Positions 37,351 through 48,510 of a stretch of DNA of 64,000 nucleotides are shown here, in pieces. Where the stretch lies: contig MU054212.1 in assembly GCA_013239625.1 (NCBI GenBank), positions 3,481,041 through 3,545,040 on the forward strand. Reading direction: 5' to 3'. Positions within the stretch are counted from its first letter, which is position 1, and each line of letters begins with the position of its first letter. The stretch is from Lama guanicoe. Lineage: Eukaryota. The notes under the pieces were generated by a model that worked only from the letters and a program-made list of their open reading frames with translations, ran no database searches and was not told the DNA's origin. A program made the position numbers and the translations under genes.

Positions 37351-37859
37351 TCATAATTCTCATATTTTAAGAATACTTATGTAAATTAGAGCCTCTTATT
37401 AAAAGAAAAATGAAAGCTTACCAAACCCACAAATGAACAGCTTCCCAACTTCCAACCATGTAACTGCCAAAGGTTTACCCACCAATGGAGTGTCCCCCTG
37501 AAAGCCACCACCTATTCTGGATCAAAGATATTCCGTATTACCCAGGGGACTTCTACCATCCCATAACCCTGGACTCTCTACCTTATTCTTTCTGAAAAAT
37601 ACTGGTGCAGGGATACATATTAAATGCAGCCCAGAACTTGGAGAGTCCTTACTTTTATAAGAATGGAGTAGAAAGCTCCAGTTGATGGGTCAGGCATTTT
37701 AGGTTGTTAGTGGTCTGAGTCTACAAGCTCACCTACATACTGGGTTGAAAAAGCCTTTGTAGACAGGGATGGGAATTTAAACACTCCAAATGTTCTTTCT
37801 TTGGAAGACTTAGTTCTAGGATCCCACAACTGACACACGAGTTTTGGGGTACACTAATG

Positions 37860-38010
37860 TAAATAGTATTTTAAATTTCAAATTCCAGTTGTTCACATAG
37901 GAAACAATTGACTTTAGTATGTTAGTTTTGTATCCTGCAACTTTTTCTATAATCACTTATTAGTTCCAAGTTGGATTTTTTTGTTCATTCTTTGAGATTT
38001 TCTACATATG
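37860..38010 (-). mobile_element. L1 ORF2 fragment
   Basis: ggaaacaattgactttagtatgttagttttgtatcctgcaac...cacttattagttc. Confidence 0.75.
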
Positions 38011-38249
38011 TGAATGCATTTTTACTGTCAATATTCACTCCATCTAGACATCTAGAAAGATCTGCATTTGTTAAGCCCAAAAATTTCCATATTGTACACA
38101 ATATATGATTGGATTAACATTCATAAATTGATAACATTTCCTTTGGATGCTTTGGGTTAAGAAGAAGAAAGCAACAGTTTGTTGAAAGTACATCTTTAAC
38201 ACCTTTCTAACGATTGCTAAGACCCCATAATGGCAATATCAAAGCCATC

Positions 38250-38530
38250 CTTGAGCCTTGATCAGGGAACTGCAACTAAGTAGGTTTTAACAGCACTGTT
38301 TTGTTTTCATTGCATTTATTTTTATGGTTACCATATATTTACGGCAAATGGTATTAATTTTCCACTTATAATACTGATTTTAATTTTACCTTTTAAATGA
38401 CTGTCTTTAGGTGTAAACATTAAGTTGATACCAAGGGAAAAATAAAGTAAATAATCAATCATGGAGATTTATGTGATTTGGTAAATGTCCTGAAGTAGTT
38501 TACTGCAACTAAATTCTGGAATAAATTAGT
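38250..38530. mobile_element. hAT-Charlie-family DNA transposon fragment
   Basis: ttttgttttcattgcatttatttttatggttacc...tttacggcaaatggtattaattttcc. Confidence 0.6.
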
Positions 38531-39544
38531 CAGACCCACAAATCAAATTGCAGAGAGAAGATCGTTATTAATGGCACCAAACAGTTATTAACTCTCATGA
38601 CCCCAGCAAGATTATTAAGTGGACAACCACTGCTGGTCAATAAACTCTAATCACTACTAGGTGGGTAATCTTGGTGGCTAGCATAAAAGCTTGGCTTAGA
38701 GTAGAATTCGGAGAACATCTGTGGGACAGATGAGTGGAGGACTGAATTCTGCATCGTCATCTTCTACTTGGCATCACTTCCCCAAATGCTGAAATCTCTC
38801 CTCTACCTACCAAGTGCCTACACCCCTGGCTCTGCCCCTTGGCTCTCACAGTCCCCCTGCAAAACCTCAGTGGCACCTGTAGCTCCAAATTACCTCACAC
38901 TCCTCCCACAGCCAAAGCCCCCCTACTCATTTTGGCTTGATATTAAAAGGACGGGGGTGTGAAGTCAGCCATACTAAGCTATAGCAGGATTGATATGTCC
39001 AATTGCCTCAGAATGGATTAGATTTTAATAGAGGCCTTTATGAATCCCAAGAATGTCTACTTGATAAAATGCATTAGGGAAAATCATCTTAAGACTAGAA
39101 ACCTTCTAAGTGTGTCTTTCACATGCCTGCATTCTGGCAGAAAAGAGGAACCACATCGTTCATTTATTCTCCTACTTTCGAAGTCATTGTCAGAGTGCAG
39201 GAGAATTCGAGGGTTGCACGAAATCTTCTTAGCTGTTAGTCTGTGTTTCAGAAGCAACCTGGGAGCTTTTTAAAACTGCAGATCCCTGGGCCTCACTTCC
39301 CAGATATTTGCCTTCCATTCTGCATGACCCACTGAGCTGAAATGACCTACCTGAGGTCATGCAGACAGCTGGAGACCGCCTGCAACTAACTTTCTCACTC
39401 CCACTACAGGGCTCTTTCTGTTACGACGCCTATGGACATTGAAAACTGCTCTAAAACTGTTGCTACATCACAGAATCCTTAGTTTTTAAGAAAGGAAGAT
39501 ATGGTTACTAACAAGAGGTATTTTAAAAACAACTTAGTATTTTG

Positions 39545-39588
39545 ATTTTGTTTTGATAGCATGATTATTTTGTTTTGATAGCATGATT
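39545..39588. repeat. Perfect 22-bp tandem duplication
   Basis: attttgttttgatagcatgatt repeated twice. Confidence 0.95.
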
Positions 39589-41489
39589 AACAGGAAAGCC
39601 ACTCATTCAGAATACATCTATGTTTAATTGGTTCATCCATGGACTAGAAGTTTCATGGGTGTGGAGACAAATCTGTTTTACTCATCATTTTTACATAGCA
39701 TGCAGCTACCCATAATGTGTTCTAATTATTGACTGAACTAATAATTTAATTATTACAAAAAATAATAACTAACATTTACTGAGCTCTAATTATGCCCCAG
39801 TACTACCCATATACATGTAGTATAAGAAACTCAAGAGGTAGGTAATACTATTGTAAGTGAGTTAGTGAATGAAGAAAGAAATGAATGAGGAAATTATAAT
39901 CAGATGAACATCAGCAATTCAGCCACGACTGGGATCATAAATTATCGATTACTGAAAACTCCCCCAAACATTTTAAACACACAATAGAATTTTCCTGAGA
40001 TAAATTGCTAGCAAAGGACATCACAAGTAAGTATCAGTTTAATTGTGATGAAAATACAAGCCAGTTTAACAGCTGGGAAAATGAAACGTAGTCTACAAAG
40101 CAATAACTAATACAAGGTTTTCTCCTACAAGGAGAAATAATTGATAACCCAAGTCGTACAATTATGAACTTTCAAAGGCATCCAATTTTGCCAATTTTGT
40201 GTGTCTGAGAGGACTAATGAAGCTTTAAAAAATTACCTTTCATCTCTGAAAGAAGCATTTACCTTTAGATGAATATATCCACTAATAATGTCAAAATCAA
40301 TTCACAATATCAGAAATATCCTACTCCACGAGCTGGAGTTTTCAAGTATTTCTAATTGTAATGTTGTTCTAACGAAAATGTTGTTAAGTCATATGTCCAC
40401 CTGAGAGGAAATTCTCAAGACATGTTATATTAAACGTCACAGGAGGTATAGTTCTGATTTCACATTTGCTAGATTTATAGCTTCACACGTATTGTGAAAG
40501 AATGGTTATTTACTGAGTTTTATCTTGTGACTTTAATTTGAAGGTTTCAGTATCCTTGCCGATACTGGTAATTTTCGGTATGTGCTAGAAATAATGACTG
40601 TGTTTATGACACATTGAATATTTTTATACTGTGCTCTCTCGCTAATGGGGTCACAGAGTAAACACAAAGAATTTGTAGTCACTCTGCTATCTACAAACAA
40701 AACAGAATGCATGGAATTTTAGTGTGAAATCCTAATAAATAAGTATTTTTTGTTCTAATGTCAGATACACATAGAAGAGACAATTGGATGAAATTATTTG
40801 AGTCTTTCTTAATAGAAGTATTTCTCCTGGAACAAGGTTTTATATACTATTGGATATATAAAATCAAGAAAGAAATGTTTCAGATTGCTAATTTATTATG
40901 CATGCATTATCGTATCTTCTATATAGCTCAATGGCAGAAGACTATAGCCTTGTCAGTCTCTGCAGAATGCCATCTTACTGCTCGTCCGTGGAATGAAATA
41001 TAGTTCAAACTGACCAACCCTGCTATGTCTCTGCTAATGAGATCTACTTGGTGAAATGCTTGTTCATTAAAAACCTAAGAACAGACATAATGGGATACAT
41101 GGGGACTGAAGTCCCAGAATGTCTCAACGCTAAGATGGTACAAACCATAGTCAAATCATATTTAATAAACAGCCACATACACTCATACCATTTAACCATC
41201 ATGTAGCCAGGAGTCTTACAGTAAATAAATTCTGTCCACCTAACTTCTGGACATAAAATCCAAGCAATGACTTAATCAGATAGTGACTGGGGAACCAGAA
41301 GTGACAGCCGATAGTGGATTCACAGCGGGGGCAAGCATTCTGCTGTCTCTCCAGTACTGTTACTGTACACAAGTTAATGTCAAACCCAACTCAAAGAAAT
41401 GTTTTGTTTCGATTTTTCACATATGCAAACATTTATTTTCAAGGAGCAAGGTGTTTTTATCATGGTCAATCAAAAAGCACCCAAATTCC

Positions 41490-42160
41490 CATATGCTAGA
41501 AAACTTTGATGAAATGGACAAATTCCTAGAAAGACACAAAATGCCAAAACTGACTGAAGCAAAAGTAGAAGATCTGAATAGACCTATAACAAGTATAATG
41601 ACTGAATAAGGAAATAAAAATCATCCACAAAGAAAAGTCCAGGTCCACATGGATACATGGGTAAATTTAACTTTTACAAAATTTTAAAAAATTGATACCG
41701 ATTTTTTATACGCTCTGAAAAAAAAAAGAACAATTTCCAACTCATTCTGTGAGGCCAGAACTCATCACAGGAAATAGTATATCTTATGAAAATAAGTGCC
41801 AAAATTATCAACAAAATATAACAGACATATAAAAGGATAGGTCAGCGTGACCAAGTGGGATTTATTCCAGTAATGCAAGATTGGTTTATCATCCAAATAC
41901 CAGTTAATGCTATATTAACCAAATCAGTAGAATAAAGAGCAAAGTCATGTGACCATCTCAATAAGCTCGGAAAGAGCATTTGACAAGATTCAGCATGACT
42001 TCATCATAAAAACACTCACAAACTAGGAACAGAATGGAACTTCTTAACCTGGTGAAGTGGCTCAACAAAAACCCCACCGTTAACATATTTAATGGTGAGA
42101 GACTGGATGCAAGATCAGAAATGAGAAAAGGATGTCTGCTCTCATCACTTCTATGATTCA
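41490..42160 (+). mobile_element. L1 ORF2 fragment
   Basis: LENFDEMDKFLERHKMPKLT..EDLNRPITS (end of ORF 41283-41609) and gaccaagtgggatttattccag. Confidence 0.9.
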
Positions 42161-42640
42161 TTGAGAATTATTTCTGGGGTATGGAATGAGGTAGGGGACA
42201 ATTCACTTTCTTCCACATCCAATTGTTCCAGTGCTACATGTTAAGCATGCCTTTTTCTCTCTGTTGAATTCTTGTCTCCATTGTCAAAATTAGTTGACTG
42301 CATGGCTAGGCTTATTTCTGGATTCTCCATTCTGTTTCCTGGATCCATTTGCCTATCTTTATGACAACACTACACTACATAAAATCAGACAGTGTTAGTC
42401 CTCTGCCTTTGTTTTTATTTTACAATGTTGTTTGATTCTTCTCAATCTTTCCATGTTCACGTTAATTTTGAAATTGGCTGTCACTTTTTTTCAAGAGAGC
42501 GTGCTGCTATTTTGAACTTTTTTGAACCTATACATCAATTTGGGGAGAATGGACAACTTAACAATGTTACGTCTTCCAAGCCACGAACATAGTATAAATC
42601 TCTACTCATTTAGATCTTCTTTTGATTGCTTTCAGCAGTA
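42161..42640 (-). mobile_element. L1 ORF2 C-terminal fragment, opposite orientation
   Basis: atccaattgttccagtgct, tttatttctggattctccattctgtt, caatttggggagaatggaca. Confidence 0.85.
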
Positions 42641-42800
42641 GTTGTAGGGGGTGAGGGTGGGACGCTGCTCTGTGCGTTGTAGGATATTCAGATGCCAGTA
42701 ACATGTCCCCACCAAGTCATGACAATCAAAATGACCCCAGACATTGCCACATGTGCCCTGGATGATAAAAGCACCCCTGATGGAGAACCTCTGACCTAGA
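42641..42800 (+). mobile_element. MER20 (hAT-Charlie)
   Basis: gtgcgttgtaggatattcag...gacaatcaaaatgaccccagacattgccacatgtgccctg...gagaacctctg. Confidence 0.8.
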
Positions 42801-43114
42801 GGAATAGGGAAAGCATGGCATTAACAAAATGACATATTAATCAGTGGCAATAAACTCTGGATGGAATAACAAACAACAACTACAACCACCTCCTAAAGGC
42901 TCTGGAGAGTGAGAAAAGAAAGATTTTGGAAGGAGTGAAGGTGTCGTATGGAGTCGGTTCCCTGAGTTGTTGCCTGGAAGTGCGGCATGACCACCAGAAG
43001 TCGAAGTTCCTATAGAACAATTGCTATTTTACTGCCTGGGTTACCAGAGGATAGAGCCCAGTGTGGCTGCAGCCACGGCACAGTGAAGGGGGGACTTCAG
43101 GGAAGGCAAGAAAC

Positions 43115-43482
43115 TGTTACGGCCTGAATTTTGTCCACCTGCCTCCAATTCATATGTTAAAGCCGTAATGCCTAGTGTGACTGTATTTGGAGATAGAACC
43201 TTCAAGGAGATACGGTTAAATGGGGTCATCAGGGTGGGGCTCTAATCTGATAGGACAGGAGTCCTTCCAAGAGGAAGAGACCCCAGAGATTCTCTGTCCA
43301 CGTGCGCAGAGTAAAGGACACAGAGAGCAGGTGGCCGCCGGCAAGCCAGGAAGAGAGGTCTCCCTGGAAACCAACCCTGATAGTGAACTTCCAGCCTCCA
43401 AGACTGTGGGAAAATAAACTTCTCTTGTTTAAACCAGTCATTCTGTGGTATTTTGTTACGGCAGCCCCCGACGACTAATACA
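43115..43482 (+). mobile_element. MLT1A-like MaLR solo LTR, full length
   Basis: TG...CA ends, gtgactgtatttggagatag, ttccagcctccaagactgtgggaaaataaac, tggtattttgttacggcagcc. Confidence 0.9.
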
Positions 43483-45269
43483 CCAATTTCTTTGTGTAAA
43501 TTCTAACAGAGGCTCTGGCCGACCAATCAATCAGGTATGTACGTATGGTACAAGGTGCTTTGAACTCATAGGCTGGAAAATGAGAACTGAGGTTGGAGCT
43601 GCCACCCACCACAGGAGAGCTTTCTGCACCTTGAAAGGTCCCTCTCCCCGGCTGCCTGCCTTCCGCACCCCTTTGCAAGTTGCTTGGTAGAGAGCACGGG
43701 GGAGACGCCGACCTCCTGCCCCAGGGCAGCCTTCAGCAGGCCTTGTCCCTGCCTAGAGGAGCGCCAACTGCATGCCTCCTGCGGGGAGGGTCTTTCTCGG
43801 CAATCCTGCTCTTCTCTTCGTCTCAGGCAGGCTGCTGTCTTACACTCAGCGGAAAGTTTCATACACCTCAGAGAGCTCGGTGCAGCCCCCTGAGAAAGTA
43901 GGGAGGTGGATGCTGACACGCTCTGTGGCCGGGGCTCCTCTCTATCCTAATCTCTCACGCCAGCCCACACATTGTTAGTAAAACTTTACGAATTTGGGAT
44001 GATTTCCCCTTATCTCTCTTCCCCTTTACCCCCCAGCGATAAGACCCACTGTGGGACTCCCCTCTTAGAAACTGTTTATCCATCATTTAGCTTTCCTATT
44101 TCTTAGCTTTCCAAAGGGTCAAAAGGGCACTGTATTTTATTCTGTTCTGTTTTGTATTTAGCTATTTCACATTTCACTTCATGTTTGTTTGAGTATGATA
44201 AGTTTAATAATTTTCTATTTTACAAAATGGTAAGTTTTGGAGTTTATGTTACTTTCCTTACAGAGCAAATATCTCACGTTTCTTCCCTCTATCTGTAATA
44301 AAAGTGAAAGGCTAAAAAAGTTGTATCTAGAAAATGTACATGATTTTCATACACATTATACCTAATTTTTTAGCATAAGCAATCTTTTTTTGAGGGAAGA
44401 GAAATGAAAATGCATTGCAGTTGCAAAATTACTTTTCGTCAAAATGCTTAAATTTGCTTGGTAGAAATGAACTTACTATGCGACATGCATTTTTAAGCTT
44501 TTAATAATTTTTAATCATTTATATAGGAAATGCATCATTATAAAGCTAGCCAAGGACACCAAAGGTATCATTAGATGGAGACAGGAAGGCCAGGAGGAGG
44601 AAAATTACTCTTCGTGGTGAAATAAGAAAAATTATGTTGATGATACTTTTCAGAAGACATAAACATGATTCTAATGCCACAGTATTGGGTTTTGCTTGCT
44701 TATTTCTGATGAGATGGCCAGAAACCCAATACTGAAGCTTGGGAGAAATCTTTGTATATATAATCTAGGAAGGTGGTCACAGGCAATGATTAGCATGTTA
44801 CAGGACCAGCAACTATGGGCCCATGACTTTTAACTTGCTGTTTTCAGATAGAGTAGAAGGTAAGCATATGTGTTCAACATCCTACCTGTTTCGCTCACTA
44901 TTGTAGACCAATGCTTTTCGCAATCCCTGGGACACAGCAGTATCTCAAGTGACTGAAACATAATGACAACATAAATACACCAGTTTCTTACTCTGAGGTT
45001 ATAATCAGCTTTTCTTTATAAAATATCTATGCTATTGACACTGGCTTGAAATTCTAGTCTATTACCATGAAGATCTGCAGAATAAAAATTGAGAAAACAA
45101 AAAGTTGAAAATGCTTGCAGCTACAGGGGACGTCAGTGCAAACTTTAATTACGGGTGTGTTTGTGTAGATGGCAAGACCCATTGAGTTTATGTGATTTGC
45201 TCAAAGTAACACAGCTGGCTAATGGCAGTGCTGAGATGAGAGCTTACTTAGACACACAACTCTGCGTTC

Positions 45270-45520
45270 CTAGAGAAGGAGGTAGCTTTGGGGACTAGAC
45301 AGACATGAATTCAAATCCTGGCTCTGCCACTTATTAGCTGTATGGCTTTCCGCAAGTTACTGATGATCCCTGAACCTCAGTTTCCTTATCTGTCAAATGG
45401 GGGTAATAACAGATCTACCGCTTTGGAGTATTGCGAGGATTAAATAAGAACACATGTAAAGGTCTCCGTATCGGGCTTGCACGTGGCACTTAATCAGTTG
45501 CCACGGGAGTAGCCATTGAT
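45270..45520 (+). mobile_element. MIR, near full length
   Basis: ttcaaatcctggctctgccacttattagctgt...cctcagtttccttatctgtcaaatggggg...gaggattaaataag. Confidence 0.9.
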
Positions 45521-46089
45521 GTTATCACCATGCACACGCTTCACCCAGACAGGGACAATGAGTTTGCTTCTCTGTATAAAGGATAAAATATAGCTAATTA
45601 AATTCCCACAAGGCAATTAATCAGAAGTCTTGAAGCGAGGTGATCATGGTGAAATTTGCTTCCGATTCAGAGACAAAGGACAGCTTTGGGGTAGCTGTCA
45701 AAAGAATACTTTCTTTCCTTAGGAGGTCCAAAGTTCTGTTTTGTTCAGGCCTAGACAATGTAGGTAGCAATGCGAGATTGGGAACATTTCCCCTGCCCTG
45801 TATGAAAACAAACACCAGTTATATATTTAGCCCACACAGTTTAAGTGGATCTCTTTATTTTGTGTGAGGGATTTCTAAAACAAACAAAAAATCCCAGACA
45901 TTTGCAAAAGATTTGGCAAATGCTTGCGTGCAAACTCAATAGCTCTTGAATAAAAATAAGAACTAGATTAAATTACTGTATAGCATTGCTAGACACTAAA
46001 ATATGTTACATTTGCTTTTTGTCAATAAACCATAGGTACATAAATCACCTTAGAAGGTATTTAGAGAACCCCTGTATTTACATAATCTT

Positions 46090-46900
46090 TTCTGTGTATT
46101 TAGGGATTAATTTAAAAGAAAGTGGGGTCAGATTTGGAGTTGACATTATAGGAGTGATTAAGACAAAGGTGATAATTAGAGCCAAAGGAATGAATGAAAT
46201 TATCCTAAGGGAGCAAACAGCCCAACCAGACCCTTAAAGAAACCCTGAATATGGGGATCAGAAGAAGCAAAAAGAACTATAGAAGGAAAGAGAGCAAGAA
46301 CAACTTTGAAGGAAGAGGAGAAAGAGCAGAGAGCCTCATTTCTGAGGCAAGGAAGATTTTCTAGAAGGAAGTGGATAATCAGTAGCGTCAAATACCCCAG
46401 CACTAATACCTCCAGAATTTTCATACAAAGGTGCTTAATAAGAAGGAAAGCTAGTAGACATGTTAGTATCAAGGCTGTATTTGCAGAAGAAGAACATCGT
46501 TTTTATTTGGGTTGCATTATACTGGGTATAGGCTGAGCAGGGGGAGGGGGTGGGCAGCAGACAGCATGGGGGTAGGGGGAGGCTAAAGACCTCTGAGCCA
46601 AGGTGATGCAGTGGAAAGGATGAGCTGTAATGTAAAACAGGAAGAGATCATCACCTATTCCAATAAAGTGGCCACTGGTGATCTTTTCAAAGAGGGAGGA
46701 GTCAAAGAATTATATACAGTGATGAAATAGAAAGTTTGCTAGAAAAGTTAATCATTAAAGAATGATCCAATGGTAGCTTGATGGAGGGAGACAGAAGAGA
46801 GGGTGAGCAGGAGTGATGACATGGGACGTCAGAGAGCCTTACCAGTGGCAGAGATGAGCTGTCATTGATTGTATCACTGAAGCAGGAGGCATGAGTGCTC
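46090..46900 (-). mobile_element. L2 fragment(s)
   Basis: Purine-rich reverse L2: gatttggagttgacattatagg, ggaatgaatgaaattatc, aggaagtggataatcag, cactggtgatctt. Confidence 0.65.
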
Positions 46901-47479
46901 CGAACTGTGATTATGAATCTGCAACAAATGGAGAATGTTCGAATTGTCTGCCGTACAGAATAAGCTAGGGAGTTAAGTAAGGGTGAGGAAGAGGAATGCG
47001 GAACACACCAAAGCCCTGACTCAGGTTGAGTCATGGCAACAAATGGCAATGCGCCGAATTAAGTGCTATCAGCTTAACAAATGAGCCAATAAGGTAGAGT
47101 CTATTATATTGAGCAATAAGACCTCACAATGGATCATTGGGTTGGAAGTTAATCTTTGCAAACACATCTGAAGTTCCTTTCATAACTTTACATGCTGCCT
47201 CCCAACAGCATTTAAACAGGGATAGGTGAGAGAAAGATACAAATATTTTTAATATTCAATCAAAAAACTATACTTTGTTTTCACAGAAGAAAACTTCTTT
47301 TTGAATCCAACCAACTTATACATAGACATTTCCATATGTAATGTACAAATAGACAATTTAGTATTTTACCAATTATCTTGCTGGATATTTACAAACCAGA
47401 ACATGATTTAACTTCTCCTAACTGGAGAACTGGTCATAATTATTACCAAAATAATTACTCATTTCAAAATAATCATTCA

Positions 47480-47730
47480 TTACCAAAATAATCATTCATT
47501 CATTCATGGGCATTTGCTGAGTGCTCGTGCTACACCAGGTCTCCTATAAGGTTTTGAGGATGTCAGGATGAAAAAGACAGAACTCTGGCTTTCAAGGATC
47601 TCACAGTGCAGATAAGAAGACAGACGAAAAAGAAATAGAATATGTGGCTTTATGATTATGGTGTGCCTTAGAAACTGTGGAACATAACCATAAATGAACA
47701 ACTTGAACACAGCATTTCCATGAATCCAGG
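47480..47730 (-). mobile_element. L2 3' end
   Basis: cattcattcattcatgggcatttgctgagtgctcgtgctacaccagg...ttcaaggatctcacagt. Confidence 0.75.
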
Positions 47731-47897
47731 GAGATCTGGGGGCCCAGGCAGGAGAGGAATGGTCCTAACAAGTATGGTGTGCCATCTTTGTGACAGGCAC
47801 TGTGCCACACAAAGAGGGCAGAGTGATGTGTGAGGCACAGGTGGTCTCAGCTCCTGGTGGCTTTTACGCTGTTAAGGTGTACAAACATAAACATATA

Positions 47898-48041
47898 TTT
47901 TTTAGGTTTTTTTGGGGGGGTGGGGATAATTAGGTTTATTTATTTAATTTTTTTTTCTTGAATGGAGGTTGTGGGGATTGAACCCAGGACCTCGTGCATG
48001 CTAAGCGTGAGCTCTACCACTTGAGCTCTACCCTCCCCTCC
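47898..48041 (-). mobile_element. tRNA-derived SINE, camelid Vic-1-like
   Basis: Minus strand reads gggagggtagagctcaagtggtagagctcacgcttagcatgcacgaggtcctgggttcaatcccc (Pol III A and B boxes), then aaataaataaacctaatta..cccc..A-tail. Confidence 0.85.
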
Positions 48042-48374
48042 AAACACATTTGTAAATGCACCGTGTTAGGTACCATGATGGCAGTGGTGCTGGAGGTGTG
48101 GGGATACAGAGAGGCACTCCCACCTGCAGGGCCAGACAGTCCGGGGAGAGGGTCCCCTGCACACAGGGAGGCTTTCCCATAGGAAGAGACAGGTGAGCCC
48201 CATGCCGTGTAGACCTAGGCCAGGCAAAACGGTGGGGAGTGTGGAGGAGGGAATTCTGGGCAGAGGGGACGGCGTAAAGGCACAGAAGAGAACAAGAACA
48301 TGTGGAGAACAGTCAGCAACTTGATGTTTCCAGAACTTAGATTTTCAAGCAGGGAAGGGCGGTTTTATCCAGCA

Positions 48375-48510
48375 TGGTTTATCTCTCTTTCATAGGTAAG
48401 AACGCAGAGGCTCAGTGAAGTAGGGAAAAGTCCGAGTCATCACACAGGTGACAAGCAGTGGAACCAAAATTCCAACCATGTCTGTCAGATTCACCACATT
48501 TGCTCTGTAC
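48375..48510 (-). mobile_element. MIR
   Basis: gaggctcagtgaag...cacacaggtgacaagcagtggaaccaaaatt...tctgtcagatt. Confidence 0.65.

Noticed and set aside
47440..47505. Three ~19-bp repeats as an array (CRISPR-like)
   Set aside because: There are no spacers. This is a local expansion at an L2 (CATT)n tail in eukaryotic DNA.
47960..48041. tRNA gene
   Set aside because: It has a SINE body and A-rich tail and an imperfect acceptor stem, so it is a tRNA-derived SINE.
48378..48400. Recursive splice site (pyrimidine tract plus tag|gtaag)
   Set aside because: It lies inside a MIR core and is easily produced by a few mutations. No host gene is known.
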